Below are positions 52,633 through 64,000 of a stretch of DNA of 64,000 nt, piece after piece; position 1 is the stretch's first letter, and each line of letters starts with the position of its first letter. The stretch lies in contig NC_082711.1 of the NCBI RefSeq assembly GCF_030144855.1, positions 74,524,001 to 74,588,000 on the forward strand, in the 5' to 3' direction. This stretch comes from Hypanus sabinus (Eukaryota). The notes below the pieces were generated by a model, which saw only the letters and a list, made by a program, of their open reading frames with translations, did no database searches and was not told the DNA's origin. The position numbers were made by a program, and so were the translations under genes.

Positions 52633-55570
52633 TCATAGAACATAAAAATCTTCAGCACATTACAGGCCCTTTGGCCCACAATATTGTGCCAACTATGTAA
52701 GCTACTCTAGAAACTGCCTAGAATTTCCCTATTGCATGGCCCTCTATTTTTTTAAGCTCATGTACCTATCAAAGAGTCGCTTAAACACCCTATTGTATCT
52801 GTCTCTACCACCTTCGCTGGCAGAACATACCACACACCCACCACTCTGTGTGTGAAAAACTTACCCCAGACATCCCCTTTGTAACTACTTCCAAGTACCT
52901 TAAAACTATGCCCCCTCAAGTTAGCCATTTCTGGCTGGGGAAAAGCTTCTGACTATCCACCCAATCAATGCCTCTCATCATCTTATACACCTCTATCAGG
53001 TCACCTCCCATCCTCTGTCACTCCACGGAGAAAAGGCCAAGTTCATTCAACTTATTCTCATAAGGTACACCCTCCAATCCAGGCAACATCCTTGTAGATC
53101 TCCTCTGCACTCTCTCGATAGTATCCACATCCTTCCTGTAGTGAGGTGACCTGAACTGAACACAGTACTCTAAGTGGGGTCTAACTATAGCTTTAACATT
53201 ACCTCACAGCTCTTGAACTCAATCTCACAGTTGGTGAAGTCCATCACACCAAACATCTTCTTAATAACACTGTCAACCTGCATAATAGCTTTGTGTCTCC
53301 TATGGACATGGACCCCAAGATCTCTCTGATTCTCCACACTATCAAGAGTCTTACCATTAATGTTATATTCTTTCTTCACATTTGACCTAACGAAAGGAAC
53401 TACTTCACGGTTATCTGGATTGAACTCCATCTGCCATTTCTCAGCCCAGTTCTGCATCCTATCGATGTCCTACGGTAACCTCTCACCACCCTCCAGACTA
53501 TCCACAACACACACAACTTCTGTGTCATAGCAAACTTACTAACCCACCCTTCTACTTCCTCTTCCAGGTCATTTATAAAAATCACAAAGAGCAGGGGTGT
53601 CAGAGCAGATCCCTACGGAACACCACTGGTCATCGACCTCCATGCAGAATATGAACCATCTACAACTACTCTTTGCCTCCTGTGGACAAGCCAATTCTGG
53701 ATCCATAAAGCAGGATCTCCTTGGATCCAATGCCTCCTTACTTCCTGTAGGAGCCTCACATGGGGAACTTTACTAAATGCCTTACTGAAATCCAAATACA
53801 CTTCAGCCACTGCTCTACCTTCATCAAAGTGTTTTGTTACATCCTCAGAGAATTCAATCAGGCTCGTAAGGCATGATCTGTCCTTGACAAAGCCATGCTG
53901 ACTATCACTAATCAGATTATGTCTCTCCAAATGCTCATAAATCCTGCCTCTCAGAATCTTCTCCAAGAACTTGACAATCACTGAAGTAAGACTCACTGGT
54001 CTATAATTTCCTGGGTTATCCCTACTCCCTTACTTGAACAAGGAAACAACATTTACAATCTTCCAATCCTCTGGTACTTTTCCCATCCCTATTGATGATG
54101 TCAAGATCATTGCCAGAGGCTCAGCAATCTCCTCCCTTGCATCCCACAGTAACCTGGGGTATATCTCATCTGGACCCGGTGACTTATTTAACTTAATCCA
54201 TTTCAAAAGCTCCAGCACATGCTTTTTCTTATTATCTATATGCTTAAGCATTTCAATCCACTGTAAGTCATCCCACAATTACCAAGGTCTTTTTTTCCTG
54301 GTGAGTACTGAAACAAAGTGTTCATTAAGTACCTTGGCTACCTCCTTCGATTCTATGCACATGTTTCCACTATTGCACCTGATTGGTTCTTTCTATTCTC
54401 ATATGGCTCCCTCTCTTGATTTTCACATACTTGATGAATGCTTTGAGATTTTCCTTAATCCTGCTCGCCAAGGCCTTCTCATGACTCCTTCCGATTCTCC
54501 TGATATAATTCTTAAGCTCCTTCCTGGCAACCTTGTAGTTTCTTGAACTTTTCATAAGGTTTTCTTTTCATCTTAACTAGATTTCTATATCTTTTGTAGA
54601 CCATGGTTCTTTTACGCTAATATACTTTCTCTGACTCAATAGAACGTACCAATGCAGAACATCATGCAGATGTTCCCTGAATAGTTGCTACATTTCTGCT
54701 GTGCATTTCCCCAGGAACATCTACCCCCAATTTATGGACCCAAGTTTCTGCCTAATAGCTTCATATTTCCCTCTACCCCAATTAAATGTTTTCTGAAATT
54801 TCCTGCTCCTATTCCTCTCCAGTGCTATGGTAAATGAAATTAAATTATGATTACTACCTCCAAAATGCTCTCCCACAGAGAGATCTGACATCTGACCTGG
54901 TTCATTTCCCAATGTCAGATCAAATACAGCCTCTCCTCTAGTTGGCTTATCTACATATTACATCACCCAATAAACTCCACCCTATCTAAACCTCTTGCTC
55001 AAAGGGGATGCTGTTCAATATTAGAAAAGTTAAAAACACCCATCACAACAACCTTATTATTATTTCACCATTCCGTCTGCCTCCCTCTCTGCTCCTTGAC
55101 GTCCCTTTTACTATTGGGGAGGCTCTATAAAAAAACATCCAGTAGAGTTATTGCCTCCTTTCTGTTTCTGATTTCCATCCACACTGACCTGGTAGACACT
55201 CCTTCCATGACTTTCTCCTTTTCTGCATCCCGATACTATCACTGATTAGCAATGTTGCACCCCCATCTCTTTTGCTTTCCTTTCTGTCCTTTTTGAATCA
55301 CCTAAAGCCCAGCGCACTCAGCAGGCATTCCTGTCCCTGAGACGTCTAAGTCTCTGTAATGACCACAATGACATAGTTTCGCATATTGATCCACCCGCTA
55401 AGTTCATCCACCTTATTTATGATAAACCTTGCATTAAAATAGATGCATCTCAAACCATCAGGCTGAGTGCATCTATGCAGTAACATCGGTCTACTTTTCC
55501 TCACAAAATCCCTCCAAGCTGTCTTGACTTGTGCACTAACCGCCCTATCCTCTGTTTTAACTTCGGTTCA
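52633..55570 (-). mobile_element. CR1 LINE, almost complete ORF2, pseudogenised
   Basis: KSPGPDEIYPRLL, SQHGFVKDRSCLTSL, YLDFSKAF, SGVP, WVSKFA, WQMEFN; colinear with 17150-19769. Confidence 0.95.
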
Positions 55571-55617
55571 GTAAGGTATATTGTATAATTTGTGGAGAAC
55601 TGCTTCAAAGTAGCATC

Positions 55618-58600
55618 TATTAGGGTAATGTAATGGGTGAAAGATGACACATATTGTTCATAATAGAAGCTGTTCTACATAATTAACAAACACCGCTGGC
55701 GAGTTGTGTTCTTTTTAAGAGATTCTGTCTGATGTAATGACATCAGTAAGGCAACTGGTTTTGCTTTGTTTGTAATGGAAGTAAAGGGCTGCATCTTTTG
55801 TTTAGCATGTAAAATGACATTCATATGTTTTCCACTCAAATTCCTACTTTGCTGATCCCGATATTCTCGGATGATTCCAGACTTACACAACGACATTGTC
55901 GACCAACACAGTCACTTTGAAGCTGCCAGAGTTTTGGGAGCAGCACTCTACCATGTGATTTGTCCAGGCGGAAGCCCAGCTTGTGCTGTGAGATATCACC
56001 GTTTGAGAAATTAGGAGAAATAAAATCATGCTGCGAAAATACCAAATTTTACTATGTCGTAACATCGCTAAGTAGTTCCACGGCAACCAGAATGGCTAGT
56101 TTACTAGAAGATCTGCCTTACCTGATAAGTATGTCACACTGAAACCTCATCTGTTACAGTCTTTTTGACTGCCTGAGGCTGAGAGAATGGAACAGTTGCT
56201 CTCCTTGCCCAGCCTGTGTGGTACTAGGCCTTCAGAACTATTGGACCACGTACTATCATTCCTGGGCAATCACTGTCCTTATTTTATTTTCAAAGACCTG
56301 CATATAAAATAAATGTTTGATCAAATTCACATAGCCCTCACTAAAGACCACAGGTTCCCTGCCTCAATGAGCCCTGAGAGCAGAGCTGCCGGCAGTGTCA
56401 TTGTAGCGTTCTCGCTCGGGTGTAATGAAACGCCGAATTAAATGCAGAGATAAACCGTAGTCAATGAAACAAGGTCGCAGTAAGATTAACCATTTACTGT
56501 TCACTCTTCACATTAATGTATGGTGAAAACTGTTGATAAAACAATACAAGATTGATACAGTATTTGTTCCCTTCTTGATATCACATTTACATTGTAAATA
56601 CTTGTAAAAGTAAACTACAACTACATTACATTAAAGTGCAGCATACAATCAGAATTTACCTACGCCATTGACTGCTTTAAATACACTTCAATGCAAACTA
56701 TCCGCAACTCTTTAACTAACGAAAACATAAACATTATCGACCATCGTTACTTTTAACAGGATCGGCGTTAACATCTTAGTTCAACATATTGATTATCTAT
56801 TAACTTACAGCATTGCTCTCACTGTGATTTCTAATGCTTACAAACAACTTCTTGCGCTGGTCTGCCTCATGTGAGCCGCCGCCCTTGCGTTGATCCCAAA
56901 CCGGTATTTTCCCACAAGACGCGGCGAAACCGGATGTGACATCATCGTATGCCAATATATTTTACAGGCAATGAATATACTTTAAACAATTCTAATTCTA
57001 AGTAGAAAATACTAACAAATGAATAACTAAGCAAAAATATTATAAACTAAATAACTGCCATAAAGGCAACACAGTCATGCCTGCGGCTCTGAACCAGGCA
57101 ACTCTGGGCCAATGTTTTACCATATACGCTTTGACATGAACGCCAAAAAGTGCCGACTGCCATGCAGCTTCAACAGTGCCAACGCATAAGGACATCAAAG
57201 GTCTGTGAACACCATGGGTTTCAGCTGCTGGGGTCGTCTGTAGTGGACACCCTTTCAGGGTGACACTTCCTCGGTGACACGGATGGCCAAGTGAGTGTAC
57301 TGCCAGCATCACCCATTGATTATAAGGCAGGAAGTGACAGACTTTCACTGGAGGCTGCCATTGGCAGCAGGATCTGGATTTATGGGACAACACATGATGC
57401 TTTGCTTCAGTAGACCATGCTACGTATGGGACCTTGTTTCAGCTAAAGTTGCATGGTGCAGATTTCCTGTGAACCAAAGGACTGTTAGCAGATGTTAAGA
57501 ACTACCGGCTTGTGGATGCAAAGTACCTTGGGCCAATACCCTAGTAAAACCCCTAGGATGACTCTGTCTAGCACATGCACCACTATGTGTGAATTCCCAA
57601 ATCTCACCAAGCCCACTTTTTTCACTACAGTCAGAAAGCATGTGGTCCAACACCACACTTGCACAAATAGCTCGGAACTGGACTCAGAAAAACTGGCCAG
57701 TGTGTAGGCTGAGTTTGCTAACATGGAAATGGTCCTTGGGGTTCACCCTCCACATGGTCTCTAAGCTGAACTGTGGTTGCTATCGATGCTGTGATTACTG
57801 ACACCACCCCCAATAGTTACCCAGTCCCACATATTTGAGATGTTTTGGCATGTTTAGCTGGAAAGATAATAATTTCTAAAGTGGACACAATCAGGAGCTA
57901 CCTCCAGGTGTCTGTGTGCACAGCGGACATTCCCAAACTGCTGCTATTACCCCATTTGGCCTATTTGAGTTTCTGGATGTGCTATTTGGCTGAAAAATGC
58001 AGCACAGACTTTTGGACTCTAAGACTTAGATTCTCTTTTGGTTTACCTGGATGATATACTTATCACCAGCACAACCAAAACAGAATACATATCACATCTC
58101 CACACACTTTTCAAGTGGTCAAACCAACAGGGACTGATCATTGACATAATTCAATGCCATTAACCACCGAATCACTGCAAAAGGTGCAACACCCCAGATG
58201 GCCACTACTGACCATCTACTTTCTACAGACCCACACTGCCAAAGCTCTGCAAGAATTTCCAGGTAGAGTGAATTTCTATCACCATTTCATTCTGTGCTCC
58301 TCTTGTATAGTGCCCTTAAAGGCAGTGCCCTAATTGCACACTTGAGTGGTCAGTGGGCATGAACAGAGTATTTGACGACACCAAACGAATCTTTCGAATG
58401 TGACTCTACTGCACAGCGGCTCCCCAATGCACCTTTAACCATCACTACTGATGCCTCAGACTATGCTGTGGGTGCTATGCATGATCAATTAGTTGGAAGA
58501 GTGTGGCAGCAGCTTACTCTGTTCAGCTGGCAGCTCCACGCCCTCCCCCCTAATCCCGATGAAAGGAAGCACAGCACGTTTAAACCGTGAGCTTCCTGGT

Positions 58601-60336
58601 CTCTATCTTGCCATCCACCATTTCTGTTTTCTACTGGAGGGTCAGTCTTTCACAGCATTCATTGACCACACACTCCTCATGTATGTGATAGTCCAAGTGT
58701 CAGACCCCTGATCTGCACTGTAGCAATGTCACGAGGCCTATGTTTCAGAATTCACAATTGACATACAACACATTAAAGGGAAACATAATGCTGTGGCCCA
58801 CTTCAATGCCATACACATAGGGGTTGACTATGGCAGATTGGCAGCTGATCAAGCTGCTGACGTAAAGATCCAGGCTTACAGGACAGTAATCACAGGCCTA
58901 TAGTTGCCTGACATCAAGTTCCAGAACGCAGGAGTTTCCCTCCTGTGCGATGTTTCAACATTCACCCTCATCGCTTATTGCCTGCAAACTGGAGGCATAC
59001 TGTTTGTAACTCCATTCATAGCCTCTCGCATCTAGCTAGGAAGGCTTCACAGAAATAGATTGCTTCATGGTTTGTGTGGCATGGCCTTAGGACTGATGTG
59101 TGAGATGGGAGTGCAGACTGTGTTGTGTGTCAGTGTAACCGTCGTAGTTGTGCAGCATCAGCACTTTTTGAGGTCCTTGTCACTGACCATGTCAGTGTGG
59201 ATCTGGTTGGGCCTCTCCCTCCCTCTCATGGTTTCACACATACCCTTACTATAGTGGACCACAGCACTGGGTGGCCAGATGTTGTCCCTCCAGCATTGAC
59301 GATGGCTGAGCTCTTAGCTTGAGTGTTCATCCACAGCTGGGTGTCTTGGTTCAGCACCCCATCGGATATTTCTTCCAACTGTGGTCTCCAATTCACAACA
59401 GACCTCTGTGCTGCAAGGGTCCAAGAACTTGATGCATCACCAACAGGCCAATGTGTGAGTCGTTTCACCATTCCTTAAAGGCCGCTCTGAGAGCCTCCCT
59501 GATGGACCAGTGGTGGTGCAATTGTCTCCCATGCATTTACTGGGGCTCAGAATGGCTCCAAAAGATGGCCTGCTGTCTCAACAGCTGAGATGGTGTATGG
59601 ACAGCTGCTATGAGTGCTGGCTGATTTTATTCCTGATGTGGAAGCCACATGGTGTCTCAACAATGTTCTGCCCTCTTCAGTAAACTCAATTCTTTTACAC
59701 CTATTCCTGCCTCCCGTCATGACATACAACACTCTTGGGTTCCAGTTGCCCTGTGTGATACCTTGTTTATTTTTGTCCACCATGATGCACATTAACACCC
59801 CCTTAAGCCCTCTTACGATGGCCTGTTCCGCATTTTGGAATGGGAAAACAGACTTTTATTATGCATAGGAAGGGTAATCCTGAAAGTATTTATATAGGTT
59901 GCCTTAAACCAGCCCACCAATACCTGGCTGGTTCCACTCCCATTCTCCCTGCAACATGATAGGACCATATGTGTGTCAGCATACCCCAGGATGAGCCAGT
60001 GGCACCTCCTGTTGCTCCAACCAAGGCACGTAGGATCGGAGCCGGGAAGCTCATACGAGCTCCAGACAGATTCACAATCCCAGTTCTGATGAATTCTGAG
60101 GGTCCTGTTTAGGGTAATGTAATGAATGACAGACGACACGTGTGGTTCATAATAGAAATTGTTCTACATAATTCATAAGCATTAGCATCAAGTTGTGTTC
60201 CCTTTAATAGACCGTGTATGATGTAATGATATCAGTGTAAGGCGGACTGGTTTTGGTTTGGTAGTAATGGAAGTAAAGGGCAGCAGCTTTTGGTAGGCAC
60301 ATAAAATGCATCCCACATGTTTTATTCACAAAATCC
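55618..60336 (+). mobile_element. Near-complete decayed CsRN1-like Gypsy LTR retrotransposon
   Basis: LTRs 55618-55848 and 60106-60336 match 43318-43545; PBS-like tgctgatcccg; gag LKLPEFW and CHCC-type knuckle near 57112-57170 (tgttttaccat...aagtgccgactgccatgc); RT tacctggatgatatac (YLDDI); RNase H TDASDYAVGA; integrase HVSVDLVGPLPPS. Confidence 0.92.
56402..57073. mobile_element. Young solo LTR (672 bp) inserted in CsRN1-like gag
   Basis: TGT...ACA termini, perfect 5-bp TSD gtcat (56397-56401 and 57074-57078), CpGs retained; unrelated to the other LTRs here. Confidence 0.85.
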
Positions 60337-60339
60337 AGT

Positions 60340-62830
60340 GCTTGAGAAGGTCCCGTTGACCTGCCTCAATGGCTAGAGTCCTGCAGCAAAGATATCAACT
60401 GCAAAAAAAGTGCTTCATTCAATTGCTTATTTATTGCACATGTCTGAACGATGGCCTCCTGTCACACTCACCTCAATGATAAGCAAATGCCTTGAGAGCC
60501 TGGTCAAGGTCTACACCTGCAGCATGCTACCACCCACACTGGAGCCCTTAAAGTTCACCTACCGACATAACAGATCGACTGATGATGAAATAGCCACAGC
60601 TCTTCACACTGTCCTTACACATCTGGAGAAGACGGATGCTTATGTGAGAATGCTGTTCTTGGACTCAAGATCAGCTTTCAACATCATAATTCCCTCCAGG
60701 CTTGACAGGAAGCTCAGAGACTTCAGCCTTCACCCTGCCTTGTGTAGCTGGACCCTGGACCTCCAGTCAGATCGCTGGCAGGTGATAAGAGTGGGCTCCC
60801 TCACCTCTGTCCCTCTGACCCTCAACACAGATGCCCCTACCAAGGGTTATAAACTCCACCCCCTCCTTTACTCTCTGTATACCCATGACAGTGTCCCTAC
60901 CCACAGCTCCAATCTGCTAATTAAATTTGCCAAAGACACTACATTGATTGGCCTAATCTCAATTAATAATGGGGCAGCCTATGGGGAAGATGTCATCACC
61001 CTGACACAGTGCTGTCAAGAAAACAACCTCTCCCTCAATGTCACAAAAACAAAAGAGATGGTTGTGGATTACAGGAGGAATGGAGACAGGCTAACCCAGG
61101 CATGGGCAAACTAGGGCCCGGGGGCCATATGCGGCCCGTTAAGCTTTTTAATCCGGCCCACAGAACTTGATGAAATTATATTAATAAACCTTGTTAACGT
61201 TTTTTCCCCGCAATTTTGGCGTTTTCCCAATAGATGACGCACTCTATATACATTGACCTTTGTTGAGGTGCAGCATATTACTCCACATTTGCGCTTTACT
61301 CTTTGTTCGGCTCGACCTATTTGTGTGAACAGGCTTTCAGCGTCATGAACATCAACAAAGCCAGCCACAGATCCAAGTTAACTGACCAACACCTCAGATC
61401 CATCCTGAGAATCGCCACAACAAAACTAAATCCAGTATCTTTGATGTGCTGGCTAAAAAGGGAGACCAACAACACTGTTCCCACTGAAATTAAAAATAAG
61501 TTTCTTCGTTGTGTTATGTAAAAAATGCATTTGAAAATATTTTTTTCAATAAGCCTTACATGTTACATGTCATTTCTGTTAAGTGATGGACATGAGTAGT
61601 GCGCAGGTGCACGTACGTTCTCAAAATAAAAAATGCGCTCCAGATCAAATAACACGCTCCGCATACTGGCGCGCTGTCATTGTTCTGTCTTTGTGCTGGT
61701 CATTGTTGAGTTTTGGCACAGGGGACAATTGAATAAGAAGGAGCAGGACAAGTAGACCTGCATCTCCTACCGTTTTTGAAATAACGACAGTCAGGAGGAG
61801 AGTGATGATGATAATATCTTGAAGGATAACAGAATTTTCAGTGCTTTAAAATAATAACTGTTACTATTAAAAAAAGCTGTATTTTATTCATTTAATTTTC
61901 AGTGTTTTAAAAGTCATTTCAATAAATAACTAAATACCATGGGACTTCAAAGACAGATATTTTGTTGTAATGCATTTGTTCATTTTCAATTGAAATTAAA
62001 GCACATGTTTTCTACATATCCCATGATATTTTATTTTCTCTTATGAGGTGTATTACCAAAACACTCCATCCATCTGCTCCTGGTCCGGCCCCCCTGTCAA
62101 ATTTTAGAACCCTTTGTGGCCCACAAGTCAAAAAGTTTGCCCACCCCTGGGCTAACCCCTATTGACATCAATGGATCTGGGGTTGAAAGGGTGAACAGCT
62201 TTAGGTTTCTTGACATAAACATTACTGAGGATCTCACGTGGTCTGTACTTATCAGCTCTGTGGTAAAAAATAAGGCACAACAGCGCCTCTTTCACCTCAG
62301 ATGATTGAAGAAGTTTGGTATGGGCACTCAAATTCTAAGAAATTTCTACAGGGGCACAATTGAGAGCATCCTAACTGGCTGCATCACCACCTGGTATGGG
62401 AACTGTACTTCCCTCAATCACAGGGCTCTGTAGAGAGTGGTGTGGACAGCCCAGAGCATCTGTGGATGTGAACTTCCCACTAATCAGGACATTTACAAAG
62501 ACAGGTGTATAAAAAGGGCCCAAAGGATCATTGGGGACCTGAGTCGCCCCAACCACAAATTGTTCCAGCTTCTTTCATCCAGGAAATGGTACGATAGCAT
62601 CAAAGCCAGGATTAACAGGCTCCCGGACAGCTTCTTCCACCAGGCCATCAGACTGATTAATTCACAATGATACAATTGTATTTCTATGTTATATTGACTG
62701 TCCTGTTGTACATACTACTTTTTATAAATTGCTATAAATTGCACATTGCATATTTAGATGGAGACATAACACAAGGAGTTTTACTCCTCATGTATATGAA
62801 CAAAGTAAAATGTAAAGTCAATTTAATTCA
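60340..62830 (+). mobile_element. Rex1/Babar LINE RT to 3' end, split by a hAT insertion
   Basis: ORF 60410-61114 ([35 protein letters not shown]) resumes after the hAT as LTPIDINGSGVERVNSFRFL. Confidence 0.92.
61097..62149 (+). mobile_element. Non-autonomous hAT transposon (Buster/Charlie/SPIN-like), 1053 bp
   Basis: TIRs caggcatgggcaaact / agtttgcccacccctg; perfect 8-bp TSD ggcTAacc (61089-61096, 62150-62157); dimerisation-domain remnant FGSTYLCEQAFSVMNINKASHRSKLTDQHL. Confidence 0.95.
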
Positions 62831-62877
62831 AAATTCAAGTCATCTCCTACCTTAGAGATGACCTGGATCTGCTCCAT

Positions 62878-63170
62878 GAGGTGCCACAGTAGTGAAGTTG
62901 TTAGTATGACACTATTACAGCTCAGGGTGTCAGAGTTCGGAGTTCAATTCTGGCTTCGTAAGCAGGAAGTTTGCATGTTTTTCCCATGACCACATGGGTT
63001 TTATCTGAGTGCTCTAGTTTCCTCCCACAGTCCAAAGATGTACCGGTTAGCGGATTATTTGGTCTTTGTAAATTGTCGTGTGACTAGGCTGTTGTTAAAT
63101 AGGTTGCTAGGTGACATGGCTTGTGGGTTAGAAGGGTCTGTTCCATGCTGCATCTCCAAATAAAATAAAA
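62878..63170 (+). mobile_element. HE1-like V-SINE
   Basis: tRNA-like head, V-domain gtttcctcccacagtccaaagatgtaccgg, tail aaataaaataaaa. Confidence 0.88.
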
Positions 63171-63189
63171 TGTACCTACTGGCACAACA

Positions 63190-63830
63190 GGTCAACAACA
63201 TATGTGATTTCTCTGGTTTCTCACTCTGCTGTGAACCATCCAGATATCAGGCAGCTGTTCATTGACAACAGCTCAGTGTACAAAACAATCACCCTGTACA
63301 AACTATTTATCAAGCTTTTGTATTTCCCTTTGAAATTTGGACACACAACTTTCTCATCTGATGACCTCAGTCTGTCAGGATTGGCAACAATATCATCTGC
63401 TCACTGATCAACACTGGTGCACCTCATAGATCTGTGCACTGCCCTCTGCTCTGCTCTTTTTTCACACGATTGTACAGCTAAGCACAGCTCTAATGCCATC
63501 TTCAAATTTGCTCTTGGGACCTTTGTTGCTAGACAGCTAAAGGTGATGAAGAGCTAGCTTAGGAGAGCCCAATAAAACATCTGGGTGAGTAGTGCCACAA
63601 CAACATCTCTCACTCAATATCAGCAAAACTACAGAGATGATTATTTCCTACGGGAAGAGAAAGGAAGAAGAAAGTACATATATCAGTCTACCTTTGGCAT
63701 CAGTGGTAAAGAGAGTCAGCAGCTTTAAATTGACAGGTGTTAACACACTGGGTGACCCAGCACATAGAAAGTCTTTACTTTCTTCTAAGATTAAGGAGGT
63801 TCAGCTTGTCACCAAGCATTCTAACACAGA
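63190..63830 (+). mobile_element. Degenerate Rex1/Babar RT fragment
   Basis: gctgttcattgacaacagctcag, atcaacactggtgcacctca, LSLNISKTTEMII, VSSFKL. Confidence 0.75.
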
Positions 63831-64000
63831 TCCCTACCGTCAAGCCATGTGATCTTGCAGCTACTATTGGGTAGGATGTACAGATTTCAGTGTAATCTTT
63901 CAGAAATTTGTTATTGCAGTTTGACTTGGTTATGAACTTGTTAATATTTTGCATTGATGCAGGGATGTATAGATCACCATGACCAAAATAAAAAGCAATA

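Noticed and set aside
61303-61521. GTF2IRD2/ZBED-like host exon
   Set aside because: Lies inside a TIR- and TSD-bounded hAT element
62878-62960. tRNA gene
   Set aside because: A/B boxes belong to a SINE head followed by a V-domain; no cloverleaf

Overview
AT-rich, CpG-depleted, repeat-dense eukaryotic DNA, most likely an intron or intergenic region. The repeat set (CR1 LINEs, HE1-like V-SINEs, Penelope pseudo-LTR repeats, Rex1/Babar LINEs) suggests a cartilaginous fish such as a ray or shark; this is an inference. No host protein-coding gene could be supported: every recognisable ORF is a decayed transposon fragment. Elements seen: CR1 and Rex1/Babar LINEs, a Crack/L2-like LINE end, Penelope-like elements, three Gypsy lineages (Mag-like, CsRN1-like, Sushi-like), a young solo LTR, a Tc1 remnant, a Buster/Charlie-type hAT and several SINEs, often nested. 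The most notable signal is a set of short Penelope-derived repeats carrying a minimal type I hammerhead ribozyme motif. Two of them are fold-back hairpin insertions with perfect 13-14 bp target-site duplications, and one sits exactly at a ~430 bp deletion in a CR1. All calls are by-eye; boundaries without a TSD are approximate.
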